64,000 bases of DNA from the human T2T-CHM13v2.0 reference genome, Homo sapiens (GCF_009914755.1 NC_060927.1), one strand, 5' to 3'. Numbered from the stretch's first letter, positions 36,985 through 52,654 are shown. Numbers and translations are program-made. The notes: generated from the letters alone by a model not told the origin.

Positions 36985-37380
36985 GGGTCTGTTTTGGTTT
37001 AAAGTGGCAAAAATAAAACTTAAACTTTAATAAAAAAAACTTACTGTCTCATGTGGCTAAGAATGATATAGGGGCAACTCACAAAATCATGGACGTGTAC
37101 CTTAAGGACTGGTACTGATAACTTATTTACTTAAGACTCTCTTCTTCTACCTGGAATAATTTTTCTCCTGCAGAGGGAACTTTTCCAGGGGGAAAGAATT
37201 TCTTTCAGCACAAAATATAAATCCCAGGAAAGGTTGCCTCTGGCCCTGCTTGAGTCATGGGACCACTGATGCCAAGTAAATAGGGAACTGTGACTGGCCA
37301 GGCCTGGGACACGTGGTCCCTATGTGGATGGGATTTGGAACATGGAATCATTAAAAGTGTAATGTAAAAAGTTGCTGGTC
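36985..37380. mobile_element. Old ERVL LTR fragment (LTR33-like)
   Basis: TGGCCCTGCTTGAGTCATG..GTGACTGGCCAGGCCTGGGACACGTG motif. Confidence 0.5.
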
Positions 37381-37439
37381 GGGGGAAAACTATGAGTGTC
37401 TAGTCTAGGGTGATCAGCTGATGAGCTGCAGCAATGCCA

Positions 37440-37930
37440 AGACTCAGAAATCTGTCTGTCCTCATGTCTACTGTCATTTCTTCCTCATGCCTGACCACAC
37501 CCTCAGGGTCTCTTGAAACCATCACCTCCTTGCTTCCTCCCTGCATCCATTCCCCTAGCCTAGACGTCAGTTGTTTCTTCCATGGTCTAGTCTGTACTTC
37601 AATAGGTGCTACTTTCTTCACACCAATCCTTTATAAGCACTGCTGCTACATTATTCTTCCTAAATAGCAATTTCCTACTTTAAAATCCTTGAGCAGCTAT
37701 AAAACCAAGAACAGTCCTGTCACCCTTACCTTCAGGAACCTACAGAGAATGACTCTTCATTGTAAGCACTTACTTTGTCCAATTCCTCCAGCCTCCTCCG
37801 AAACTGAGCTAGTTATTGGGACCTAAATGTAACTTAAGCTTTTCTGTCTTTATGTCTCCCCTGGTTGTTCTTCTTGTACCTCAAATATAATTTCACTCAT
37901 TAACGCCTACCTTAAATCTTCCCTTAATGT
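37440..37930 (+). mobile_element. L2 LINE fragment
   Basis: Pyrimidine-rich L2 3' region (CCTACTTTAAAATCCTTGAGCAGC). Confidence 0.55.
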
Positions 37931-39699
37931 AAAGGAAGAGCAAAGTTTAATCCAAAATATCGTCTTGCTAGTATAATCAGATTCTGCTGAAAAGAAAATG
38001 TTTGTAATTGAATATATTTTACAATCTGTAAGAAGTCACTGCCAGACTTTTAAGATGGCTATCTATTCCATTAAAAAAATTTAATAATTTTTCCAGTTAG
38101 CTTTTCAGGTTCTTGTGCAGGTTTTTTTTTTTCTGATAGAAAGTTCCAATTCAGTGTTTTTATAAAACTTATATGCCTTTCCATTGTTGTATTTTTTAAT
38201 GTAAAAAGGGTATGATAGTTTATTTTTATAGTACTTTTTACTTAAGTGTAGTTGTTTATGGTACAAATAGGTACCTATAAAGATGATTATTGATATTTTG
38301 CTCAGAATATATTTGTTTAATTCATTTCTTCGGTAACTATTTATTAATAACTAGTGCCTTAAAAGTGACAGGCTTTACAAAAAGTGATAAGGACAAGACA
38401 TGAACAAGACAAATAATATCTTTTTGAGAGAGAAAAAGATAAGAAACTAACAAGCATACTATTTTCCTTGACCCTTTAAGCTTACCTAATACCCTTCTAA
38501 ACTAATATAGCTAATCGATTCTCTCTATTAGCTTAACTTGAATTTGGCCATTGCAACCAAAATAATTCTGACATGAATATATTTTCACTGTTATGAAACA
38601 TCAGAGATGATAATGACTGCTGTATATATTTCAAGAGGTTTTGGTGAAGATCAAATAAGAAAGTACATCACAATGAGTGACCATGTTCATTATTTTGAAA
38701 AGATAAGAGTATTATCAATGATAGCATCGATATATGTTTACTGTGTTATTTACTTATTATTTAGTTCTAATGTGAGTAAATACATTCAGAACATGTGTTT
38801 TTAAAATATATAAATGATCACATGAGTAGCTTCCTGGTAAGTGAAGAGAATCATCTTACTATATTACACTCCTCAGTCTTTTCAATGTCAGGATTCTGCA
38901 GTTGGGCTGGCATAAGAGACCATCAGCTTCATTGTTCCATAGTCATATTATTTAAGTTTCCATGCCACCTCCCATCTCCGCCAGGATTTCTGGATCTCTT
39001 TCCAATTGGCACTTGCATTAGCTCTCATTGTGGTTGTACGTGTCTCCATCTGAAGCAGGCCAACCTCATTCCAGCCTCCTTACTCCTACCTCTATGCCAT
39101 TAAATAATTTTTAGGCTTTCCTAACTGGACAAATGATGTAATATCTCTGATCATTATTGAGTCATCTATATAATGGGGAATCTACTTACATCACTGTAGT
39201 GTTTCGGGAACACATAAAAAGCTACATAGCAGAAGGCTATGTATTTTTACATATGTATATGTAATTTTCTTGCATTTTTTAAAGCTCAGTGGAAAAAAAT
39301 TAAGTCAATGTGAGGCATTCTTACTTTGTAAATTACATGACTAAATTCAGTGGGGAATTTTTCTCTTGTATTAAATGACAGAATAGTCTTTCCACATAAG
39401 TAGTTAAACATAAAAATTACTTGGGAATTTATTAAATATACCAATCCTTTCTCACCACCTAGATGTTCTGAATATGATACTTCAGGAATCTGGCCTGTAT
39501 TTTTAAGAAATTTCCTAAATGATATTATGCAATGGTCCATATCTTGCTTCTGGGACACCCCGATCTATGTGTTGGAACGGATATTCCTCCATTTACCTCG
39601 TTGATTTCCCACGTGTGAACAGTCATAGCTCATTTCTTTAACAATTTAGCCATTAAAACATACACAGCTATCTTTACATTAAGTATAATATAAGAACAT

Positions 39700-42170
<2,471 letters not shown>

Positions 42171-42690
42171 GTTTTAAGATGTACAAGTCCATTAATTAGT
42201 AGAATAATACACTTTTTTCTTCTGAAAAAATAGAAAACTAAGAAATAGAATTAAGAAATGTTAGATCTGCTGGAAAATTTCCCAAAACATACTGTGTGTG
42301 TTGATCTACATGACAGTTCACAGCATTAGATATTCAGAGAATTAGTTTTCAGTGCTGTATTTATTTTTAACTATCATAAGATCTTGTTATAAATGAAAAA
42401 TACTTCAATAGGGACTCTTTAGGCAATTGTTCTTTGGAGATGGTATCTACAAAATGTGATTATCTCTAATGGTATTATCCTAGGAGGGAATAAACCAGAG
42501 CAGGCTCCTGCTGAGAGAGTCCTTTAAGGTGATTTAGAGAGAAAGATGCATATAGTTATCTCACAACTGATGAGGGAAAGGGTTTAAAAATTGGCTATTC
42601 CAGGCACGTAATGATTGACTCATGTGATTTGAAAGGAAGGATAGAAGACTGGGTAAAGAGAGGGGGATCCATGAATACAGAAAGGCAAGT

Positions 42691-43244
42691 TGCTTTAAAA
42701 CGTAGGTTTTATTATCATTCAGGTATGGTGAGGCTAACAGAAAATGATCATTTGCTACTCACAGTCCCTGGGAGAAGGGGATATGCCACAGCATGCAGAG
42801 CCATGGGAGGAAGCTCCAGGCTGGTCTACCAGCTGGCTGTGGTCTACCAGGAGGCAAAAAAAGTGTGGGGAAAGCGTTGCCGGGAGCCTTTGATGTGGCT
42901 TTCATGGGAAAGACAAGGCAGGGTCAGCAGGCTTGGAACTGGCTAGTTTAAATAATTTTAGTGAACTCTAGGGTCCAGGGGTTGTCTCTAGTTGTCTGGT
43001 ATCAGGCCTTGGGATGAGCAGGGCAGGGGAATGTTGCTTCCTGGAGTATAAAGGCCACATGAAAGAGGTAGTTGGAGTATGTGCTTGAATTGGTTAGTTT
43101 GCATGTGAAAGATGCACTCTGGATGGGTTATTTGCTATCTTTAAGGATTGGCTAGCCCTGTGATAGGCACTCTTTTCCTCATTAGCAAGGCCCCAGATGC
43201 TAGAGCATTAAGAATCCAGAAAATAAGAAAATATAGTTAATACA
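42691..43244 (-). mobile_element. MER74A-like ERVL solo LTR
   Basis: GTAGGTTTTATTATCATTCAGGTATGGTGAGG ... AGCAAGGCCCCAGATG..AAATATAGTTAATACA. Confidence 0.85.
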
Positions 43245-43499
43245 CGAATAAGCCAGAAGAATTGCAAAGATGCAGATGTAGGACAGAAGAGCAAGATGAG
43301 TGAATGTAGGTTTTAGGAGGCTGTCAGAATCCATTGGTCCTTGTGATAGCACAGGTCCAAGCCAAGCAGGATTGCATACAGGGTGACATGACCTGACATG
43401 GTCTCCAGAGTAAAAGCTCACTGGCTGAGACATGCGTCAGTCCCAAAGCAAAATAAAAAGTGAATTGAGTTAAATAAAGAGAATGTAAGGCTGGACAAC

Positions 43500-44135
43500 T
43501 CAAACTAATTCAACAAAGTGTAAGCTCATGTGCTGTGCAAGACACTGGGTTGCACATTGTAAAAAATACAAATTTGAATAAAATGGAGACTGTTCCTTCA
43601 TGGAGTATAAAGAGACAGGACACAGTTCAAAGATGCATATAAAACAGCAGTTGAATGAATCAATGTCTTGGTGATGTTTTTAAACAGAAGGAAATAGGCA
43701 GAGATGGCAAGAAGGTGCTGTTTGCCCTGCTAACACTCATGACAGACATCACTAATCAGTCTTGATTCTCTGTCATATCTGACCTCTGATTCTTCTCAGC
43801 AGAGTTTCTATAAAGCCACTGCCAGTGAATCAAAGTTAGTTTCTTTACCACTCTCCAGTAGACACTCTAAGGTGGGAGAAGATTGTGACTTGACTGAGAA
43901 AGCAGGAAAATCTTCCTGGAAAAGTCACATTTAAGTGAGCCTAAGAAAGATAGATGAGTTTTCAGAAGTATTCTGATTAGAAACTGTGGGTTTCAATAGT
44001 CCAGGCAGGAAGAACAAAGGTGGGATGGCTAGAAAGTCTGGCGAATTGGATGAATAGTAATTAGGGAGACTTGCTGGAATTTAGGTTATGTGTAAGAAAG
44101 AAATGACAAATAAAACCAAGGAAGCAGGATTGGGC
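43500..44135 (-). mobile_element. L2 fragments
   Basis: ATTCAACAAAG..TGTGCAAGACACTG..TTCCTTCATGGAG..TCCAGGCAGGAAGAACA. Confidence 0.6.
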
Positions 44136-44137
44136 TA

Positions 44138-44430
44138 TAAATACATGTGTATATACAGCTGTATATACAATGCTGTATATATGTATATACACACACATGT
44201 GTATACATATATAAAATTATGTATAATAAGCAAGATATATTATACATAGTGTATTTAGCATATATTTATTAAGTATATTTTTAAATACATTTATTATATA
44301 TTTGTGATTTTTATATATAATTTATTATGATATATACTTGTTATATATAATTTGTTATAATATATACATATGCATAGATAATGTACAAGTTGCTTAAATA
44401 TATAGAATGTATATATGTTTATAATTTCTC
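44138..44430. repeat. Degenerate (TA)n low-complexity tract
   Basis: Seen directly. Confidence 0.9.
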
Positions 44431-44565
44431 ATACTATACAGGTAAAGAAACTGAAAACAGAAATAAAATAGGCTGCTTAAGTGTACACAGACAGTAAGGG
44501 CAGAGATAGGATTTAAAGGCAAGCAGTCTGACTTTAGAGGCCATGCTCTTGACCATTATACTGTA
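44430..44565 (-). mobile_element. MIR fragment
   Basis: ACAGGTAAAGAAACTGA..GGCAGAGATAGGATTTAAA..CAGTCTGACTTTAGAG. Confidence 0.8.
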
Positions 44566-46176
44566 CTGCATCCCAATAGTTTATGGTACTATTTAATTTG
44601 TAGATACTGAGAGCTATTGATTTTTGAGGTAGATATTGATGCAATTAGAGATAGGCTTTAGGAAGATCTTCCTGGAAGTGGTATATAAATAGTTGGAGAG
44701 GTATAGTGGTAAAAGCAAATAACTGAACTTTTTGTGTGAGATTTTGCCAGGCAGTAATATAAAAGTGTCTTGGTAAATTGTCTTATAAATAATTAGAACC
44801 TTCCAAATTCCATTTCCCCCAGGGATGCCATTGCATGCATAAAAATGGGAGCAAGGCCTGGTAGCACATATTTGGAAAAGTAACTGAAAAGCATCTGTGT
44901 CATATCTGCATGCAGTGTGACTTCCTGAACCTCTCCACTTTTAATCATGTGAGCAATATTTGTAGCTTCAGAGGTGACCTATTAACATATGTATTCATGA
45001 AGATGAGCAATTATTGGGGAAAAAAATGTTCGTTTAGCTAATTCTTTGAATGACAGTGTGACTGCACTAGTGAATAAAACTAAGTCAAACAGGACAATCG
45101 CCCATCCAATGGAAACAAACATTGCTCAGATTTTCTGCTCGGAGTCACAACACCCAAGAGCTCCTTTTCTTTGACTCCCCTCTAGAACCCTTCTTTGACA
45201 CCAGGTGAGTGAGCACAGCAGGTTGTCTTCCCCGGAAGATTTGGGGAGCCTGAATTGATTTCACTGAAACGTTATCATATCTCTTTTCCTGCCACTGCTA
45301 TAGGCGGACGATGGGTCAGACAACAATTAACTTGATGGAAAAAAAAATGCCATTTTTATTAGAATGTCACACATGGTACTACAATAGGAGATTCATATGG
45401 TGCTACTTGACTCTGTTCTTGGCCCTAGGACCTAACAATCAAGATTTCAGTTCTTGTTAGTGACTTTCTTGCTCCCTCCTGTCCAGATAGACAAAGACAC
45501 AGCAGGAGCCTGGGCATCAAATAATGCTCCCCAGGAGTTTTCCTGGAAATCATCCCACAATTCCCTGAATTTTGTACATTTTCAATGTGGTAAAGAGTAG
45601 ATGCTGGCAGGAATTTACACTTGGGGATGGGGATTTTGTGGGGTTGGGTGTGCTGGTTTTAGAGGTTATAAGTTTTAGACACAAACTTGTGAAAATTAGT
45701 GCCAGATGACATGGCTGAGCTTTCTACCTCTTGTCATTTCTCAACACCCTTAAGAAAGGAGTCACATTTTGGGAAAGGGGACAAACTGTTTTCCCTCTGG
45801 GAGAATTAAACACCCTGTCCTCTTTGCTATCACTTTACACTGAAGAAATTTCTAGCATAGATTTTGTAAGAATTTAATGAATTTTTAGGTGTCTCTCTCT
45901 GAACCAGACTGTAAGTCCCATGAGAGCAGGAACTGTGTCTCATTTACTGTTGTACCTTCACTGCCTAGCACTGAAACTACTTTCTGTGTGCTCAGTAAAA
46001 ATGAAAAAAACAACAACAACAAAAAAAAAAACAGTAATTGAACACATGCTTTTTGAGAACCTGAAACATTTGAATTGCTTGCTCTGAAGGCCTCACTCTT
46101 TGCATTTCACTTCTAAAGATAAACAAAAAGTGCTAAAGTGCTTTAATCAGTCTTTAATTTGCATTTTTGAAAACTC

Positions 46177-46536
46177 TGTTAAAGGGAAATCCCTTAGGAA
46201 GTTTAAACTTTAATTTGAGCAAAGAAAAATAAAACAAAGCAAAGCGAAACTGATTCACGGATGAGACAGACCTCTGAACATGAGAAGGTTCAGAGAAATC
46301 CCACCAATAAGGTGATCCCTAGTGAAAATGCAAAAAATTCCATTCACTTATAGGAAACCAAAGAGCAGTGTAGAGATGACTTAATTGGTTATCACTTAAT
46401 TGGTAAATTGGTTACAGAGCCTCCTGCAATTAATAAAGCTCAGCTACTGTAGTAAATGCCATATTGGTTTGGTCTATTAGGCTTAGTGCAGGAGCCTAGT
46501 CCAAGTCAGAGGCCTTCTGCAAAATTTTGTTTAACA
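46177..46536 (-). mobile_element. Old ERV1 solo LTR (MER90/MER101 class, uncertain)
   Basis: TGTTAAA...TTTAACA inverted termini; TTTAATTTGAGCAAAG..GATTCACGGAT..GGTTCAGAGA. Confidence 0.6.
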
Positions 46537-46829
46537 CTCTAATGCAGGTAAGTAATTACATGCTCATTGCACAAAATCTAGACCATATAATGGATAGTGT
46601 AAACCAGAAACAACCACCTTTCCCTTGATTTGGCTGCCCCTGCTCCCTGATTCCACATGTTGTTTCACGTGGCCTCTGTGGCTAGGTTGGCAGAGGCTAT
46701 TCTTCCATCCTGGGCTTATTGTGGACATCCCAAGTTACCATCACAGCCCAGCAAATTCCAGATCTGCCCACCCTCTATTCAAAAGGCAGAATGCCAACAA
46801 GTACAGGGCTACCAACTGTTGGTTACTGG

Positions 46830-47531
46830 TGAGAGGAGGTGCCAGCTGGGCTTCCTGGGTCGAGTAGGGGCTCAGAAAGCTGTGAAACTCACTCATTTCC
46901 TGCATCAGGACTTATTTTGGTCCTGGATGAATAATATTGAAGATATATGCTTAAAATATTCCTAACCTCAGAATTTGTGCATGTGTTTTCTTCCCCAAGA
47001 AAGCTATAAACAGCGAAAATTTTGCTGTAAGCTTCCCTGTGTCCTCTCTCCCTCTCTCCCTTCCCCCTCCCCTGAAACTAAAAGGAATGTTCAAAGCCTG
47101 TTTTTCTGTGACCAGCAGACCTTATCTATGCTCCCAATTCCAATTCCTTGTAAACACAGTTTGTACAATCCTGAGAGATCCTGTCTCCTTTGCCATGCCG
47201 CTGCAAGGTCATAAAGTAGATAAAACTTAAGTTGCAATTCCGGTTTTCCTCAAGATCTGAGACATGTTAATTGTCTTTGTTTCTCGCTCTGGTAACATCT
47301 TCCCGCTGCACATATTTCCCGCCTTAAAGAGTTTAAAAGGTGATCAAAAAATCTAACACTGGCCACCCGCTCGGGACACCTTCCACGCTGTGGAAGCTTT
47401 GTACTGTCATTCTGCTCAGTAAAGCCTACAGCCTTTTTTCTCTCGGTCGGGTCCACGTCTCTCTCTCTTGCCGCGGGCTGCCGCCACCCCAACCCTTTGG
47501 CGTGGCTAAGGCAACAACCTTTGGTGTTACC
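46830..47531 (+). mobile_element. LTR30 (HERV30, ERV1) solo LTR
   Basis: Starts TGAGAGGAGGTGCCAGCTGGGCTTCCTGGGTCGAGTAGGGGCTCAG; about 700 bp; 4-bp TSD CTGG (46826-29 and 47532-35). Confidence 0.9.
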
Positions 47532-48196
47532 CTGGTTTGCAAAGAGGTAAGTACAGAAATATAGAACTCAGAAAATTTTAGAGCAATTTGACAGTCAATT
47601 TTGTGTCTCCTGAATTTAATAAATAACAAATCTGGACTTGGGTTTATCTTGTATCTCGTTTCCTTTTCATTTCATTTTTCACTAGTAATTTATGTTGTTA
47701 AAGGCTCAGAGCACAATGGACTAGAAAAGAAAAAAGAAACAAACATCTTTCATCCTTGCTACTTTGGAAAACATTGCTTTAAGTCATTTGTAGCGAAAAT
47801 CACTACCTCAAAAACGATGCATAGCGGATATTTATTATTTATTTATTTATTTATTTATTTGCATTTTCACTAGGATGGGGGTAGAAATGATAGTTTGACA
47901 TGATTTATACATTCAGAAGTCAGGGACCTGGAAGTCTCAGCAGTAGTTTTCGTAGATGGTGTATAAAGCACCACAAAATAGAATAGAAGCCTGATGCTTG
48001 GAACCAAATTATGACTGCTCTGGGCATGATAACTTGGAACACCTTAGCCAGCAGGTTTTACATTATTACCTGTAAGGTTGGATTAGTGTGATCTAGGGAT
48101 TATTGATTTCAGTGAATATCTTCACTCACATGGTTTTTCCTGGCAGCATTTCTCCGGACCCTCAAGAAGTCTTAGACTGTTTCTAGATCCACCAAC

Positions 48197-48503
48197 TGTT
48201 TTGTTTTGTTTTGTTTTGTTTTGAGACGGAGTCAGGCTCTGTCTGCCAGGCCGGAGTGCAGTGGCTCCATCTCGGCTCGCGGCAAGCTCCGCCTCCCGGG
48301 TTCACGCCATTCTCCTGCCTCCACCTCCCGAGTAGCTGGGACTACAGGAGCCCGCCACCACTCCCAGCTAATTTTTTGTATATTCGGTAGAGACGGGGTT
48401 TCACCGTGTTAGCCAGGATGGTCTCCATCTCCTAACCTCGTGAGCCACCCGCCTCGGCCTCCCAAAGTGCTGGGATTACAGGCGTGAGCCACCGCGCCTG
48501 GCC
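48197..48503 (-). mobile_element. AluY, full length, (AAAAC)n tail
   Basis: GCAAGCTCCGCC, CACGCCATTCTC and CCGTGTTAGCCAGGATGG diagnostics. TSD TAGATCCACCAAC at 48184-96 and 48504-16. Confidence 0.97.
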
Positions 48504-48799
48504 TAGATCCACCAACATTTTACTCAAATCTAAGTGTCACTGTGGCAGAAAAATGCATAGAGTGTTTCAGTTTTAAAGATGACCAGAAATTTCCTTGGCT
48601 GTGATTACATAGCAGACTAAGAAAAGGAGCTGTGTGGATCAGACGCAGGCAATGGACTTGATGCTTTTCTCTGTAAAAGGGTCTTCCTTCGGTTTTCTCA
48701 CCAAACAGCTAGTATATAAAGGAAGGCATAAATGAGTGAGTCATTGCACTGTTTCTCTTGCTATAGTACCAAAGGCTATCTCAGTAGTAGTACTAATGG

Positions 48800-49000
48800 A
48801 AGCTACTATTTAATTAACACTTACTCTGTGTCATACAGTATGTTTAATATTTTACATACTTTTTTTTCATTTAAGCTCTGCAACATCCATAATATATAGT
48901 TGTTATCCCATTTTATAGAAGAGAGGAATGGGATGTCAAGGCCAGTGGCAGAACTGAGCTTTGAAAGGAGGTTTGATAGACTTTAAGTAATTCTGTTAAC
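48800..49000 (-). mobile_element. MIR fragment
   Basis: TTATCCCATTTTATAGAAGAG..AGTGGCAGAACTGAG. Confidence 0.7.
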
Positions 49001-49160
49001 CAGTATTACAATCCTGCTGTTCTATTGCTTTTTTTTTTTTTAAACTATATCAAGTTTAAGCAAGAGGGACATTTGGAATAACTTTTGAATGGCATGACAT
49101 AGAATAGGTGCATAGGCATTTGAGAGCTGCATGAAATCTAGCAGATCTCATAGTCTAACT

Positions 49161-49573
49161 CAGGGGTTTCACAATCTTTCTTCTCTTTATTTTAATTAAA
49201 ACTTGTTTTAATTAAACTTAATTTAAAAAAATTCTGTAGAGATGATGGGATGTCACTTTGTTGTCTAGATTGGTCTCAAACTCCTGGCCCCAAGTGATCC
49301 TCCTACCTTGGCCTCCCAAAACACCGGGATTATAGGCATGACTCCCCCATGCCCAGCCCACAATCCTTTTCTTTCAAGGTCTGTATAGTAAATATTTTAG
49401 ACTTTGCAGTCCAATTCAGTCACTCTGACAACTATTCAATTCTGCCATTATGGATGGAAAGCAACCATAGGTGATGTGAAAATGAATGTGCGTGATTGCC
49501 TTTCAATAAAACTTTATTTACAAAAATAGGTGGTGGTTTGGATTTGGTCCATGGGCATTGTTTGTCAACCCTA
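49161..49573 (-). mobile_element. MER58A-like hAT interrupted by an Alu monomer
   Basis: CAGGGGT..ATAGTAAATATTTTAGACTTTGC..CAATAAAACTTTATTTACAAAAATAGG..TTTGTCAACCCT. Confidence 0.88.
49181..49358 (-). mobile_element. FLAM/AluJ left monomer
   Basis: GGTCTCAAACTCCTGGCCCCAAGTGATCCTCC; TSD approximately CACAATC(C)TTT. Confidence 0.9.
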
Positions 49574-51489
49574 GTTCAAATGTCTAGTTTTATGGATGTT
49601 GCTAAGACCAAGACTGGGCATGGACTTGTCCAGGGTCTTCGAGGCAGCAATGACAAAGACTTGTATCCTTTAGACTCCAAACTCCGTGTGTCTTATCTTT
49701 GACCACTTGGCTCCTCCCTCTGATAACTTAAGCATTTTGTCTAGTGTGATACATTTAATTTTTGACATCTACATATAAGGTTGCAATGTACCCTTTTAGC
49801 TTTCATTCAAAACAACTTATTTGAGTATGAGTTAATGAGGGAATTTTACTACAGAATTAATCTGTTCTGATTTGCTAAATGATATTAAAGCATTCATGAC
49901 TTTCAGAAATTATTCATCTAAAAAATACTTGGAGCAGGTTTCTGAACCAATTGTGATTTTTGGACACACTGTGAATCATGACCTGAAGACTGGGACAGCC
50001 TTGTCCAGTGTCAGGTATAGACACATATTGATTCTGTCCACCCCATGGTCTTATAGATGTCACTCAAAGTTTTCACATTTGTCACAGATACCAGTTTTTC
50101 ACGGACTACTAATTCTTCTTAAATCTGAAAATGATTATGGCGACTTTTTCCAATTAATTGAAGAAAAAATACACATTTTCAATATTTGCTATGTTCCTTC
50201 ATGGATTGTCCACTGCAAGTTTTTAAAGAATGTAGCCTGCTTCTGAGTGGGTATAGCCAATGGTGCCAGTACTATCTTTATCTTCAATTTCAAAACAGAA
50301 TATTAATAAAGAGATGAGATCATATACCAATGCTCTTATAAAGCCTGAATCTGTTAAAGGAAACTTTTTGTTTCTTGGAGAGTGACTAAAATTAGAAGAA
50401 AGTTTATTATAGTATAAATACTCATTAAAGCCTGTGGGATTCATCAAAAGCATTTCTGGGGCATTTACATCCTTTTATCCAGAGAAAAAAAGTTACCAGA
50501 AAGTATTTCTGGAAAGCCAGCCATAATTTATGCTCCACACTCTGCTTCACATCATGGTAAAATTCTAATGAAGATGTTGTCACTGACTGTACTCTTTAAA
50601 AAAGATTTTACAAACAGTTTATCACAGAATTTATACTCAAATGGGCAAAAAAGGCACAGTACATGCCATTCTAGTGGGAGTGTTGTTGAAGCACTTCCAA
50701 ATAACCTGTCTCTTTGGGGACTGGATTTAGCACTGTATTAAACAGCCCCATCTTCATCATCAGCAGGCTGGGCCTGAGTTTTCTATGAGAGTTTGATAGG
50801 TCCAGATAATCCCAAACACACTCTTTTTCCTGTCTGTTCATGAAATAAGAACTGGGACCTGAGCTACCACGAATTTGAGAGTAACATTCTGAACCTTGCA
50901 AGAGAAAATGAGCTCAGGGAAATACTGCATGAACCACTTAGCATTTGCAAGGATTTGTTTAAATCATGGTTACAACTTCCTGAAGCTTCTTGATATGCAA
51001 TTGATTTTTGGTCCCTGTGTTTTCCTCCTTGGTCCTAAATAGGGATCTTGTGAATTGTAGGTCCTCAAGATTCTGCAAATTTCTTTTTTTTGGTTGTGCA
51101 TCCCTACCCCCGTTTCAGACCCATCTAAAATTAACTGCCTTTGGTGCTTTATCTTGGGTGTTCACCTGGTTTTGAGCCATCAGAATACTTTGCCAACATG
51201 TTCACCTGGTTTTGGGCCATCAGAACACTTTGCGAACATGTTTCAGTCCCTCTGAGTGACTCCATGGTATACCTTTTGTAACAAAGTAGTGGTTTAGAAA
51301 CATTTAAATATTCAGGGACTTCATTTGAGATGTTAGAGACCATAATGGCTGGCTAAATTATATTCTGGACATTTATTTAGCTTCTGCTGAAGAAACTAAT
51401 TTGAGAGCTAATGGCTCATCTATTTAAATAAAATGGCTTTTCAAGATTAGCTGATCTTGAAAGACGGGGTGGTTGTATAGACTGTAGAT

Positions 51490-51705
51490 CGGGGCATCTA
51501 ATATTTTGGCTTCCCTGGTCCACACTGGAAGAAAAAGAATTGTCTTAGGCCACACATAAAATACACTAACCCTAATGATAGCTGATAAGCTCCTAAAAAG
51601 AAAAATCTCATGATGTTTTACGGAAGTTTACAGATTTGTTTTGGGCTTCATTCAAAGCCGTCCTGCGCCACATGTGACCCATGGGCCATGGGTTGGGGAA
51701 GCTTG
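51490..51705 (+). mobile_element. MER30 hAT-Charlie inserted in a MIR (about 51465-51910)
   Basis: TTTTGGCTTCCCTGG.CCACA.TGGAAGAA..GCCACACATAAAATACACTAAC; degenerate 8-bp TSD CTGTAGAT/GTGTAGAG. Confidence 0.92.
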
Positions 51706-52512
51706 GTGTAGAGTGTATTCTCTAGAGTCAGATGACCCGGGCTAGGATCCCCTCACTATGTCTTCCCAGTTGCAGGAAACTTCATAATTTACCTTATCTC
51801 TCTAAGATTCTATTTCCTTTTGGGTAAATTGGGAATGCCAGTAATATATGCCTATCAGTTAGGGCTGTTCTGAAGACAAGAGGTGGACCATATAATGCAC
51901 TTGGAATTCAATAAATTATAGCAAATTCACAGTACCTTTTATAATTCTGGGGTTCAGAAATCCTCAAACATATTTTTTTCATAAACAGATTACACCATAA
52001 TTTAGAGAAACATTCATTTAAAACTAAACTGCTTCTGTTTTATTACATAAACATAAAGTTATAAATGTTTTGAATCAGTCCATATGGTTATGCATTTAGA
52101 ATTCAAATGACCTAACTATTTTGATTTGTATATGATTATTGCTCCTCTAAAGATACTTTTATTTGCTTTGCCTTGGATGCCTCTCTTTATCTGGTTGCAT
52201 TTGAAGTGCTAAGTGCTCCAGACCCCCCTGTATCCTTTGCTAATCTAGTCTTTCTCTGAAAGTTTTTGTAAATTAATGCTTTTGAAGAGTAGGTATAAGG
52301 AACTCCTAGGTAGGAAAGTAGATTCCTTTGTGGGTTTGGAATTACACAAAAGTAAATCACTCGGCTGCTCCCAATGCACTTGCCTTAATCACACAACTTT
52401 GGCCTAATTGCAAGGGAGTCTGAGAAGTACTCCATTGTTCCCAGAAAATGGAAAATGAAATGGACATTTAGCATTGTCTCCTCCACCCATCATTTTAAAA
52501 GCAAGTGTGCCA

Positions 52513-52654
52513 GGCCGGGCACAGTGGCTCACTCCTGTAATACCAGCAATTTGGGAGGCCAAGGTGGCAGGATCACACGAGGCTGGGAGTTTGAAACCAG
52601 CCTGGTCAACATAGTGAGACCCTGTCTTTACAAAATAATGTAATAGTTTTCAAT
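52513..52654 (+). mobile_element. FLAM/AluJ left monomer
   Basis: GGCCGGGCACAGTGGCTCAC..AACATAGTGAGACCCTGTC; TSD AAG(C/T)AAGTGTGCCA at 52499-512 and 52655-68. Confidence 0.92.

Noticed and set aside
46541-46553. Perfect donor CAG|GTAAGT
   Set aside because: No matching acceptor or promoter is evident, it lies at a repeat junction, and isolated donor motifs arise by chance.
50700-50900. Minus-strand ORF 50671-50901 with an acceptor-like start
   Set aside because: The donor is weak and the peptide is not recognisable.
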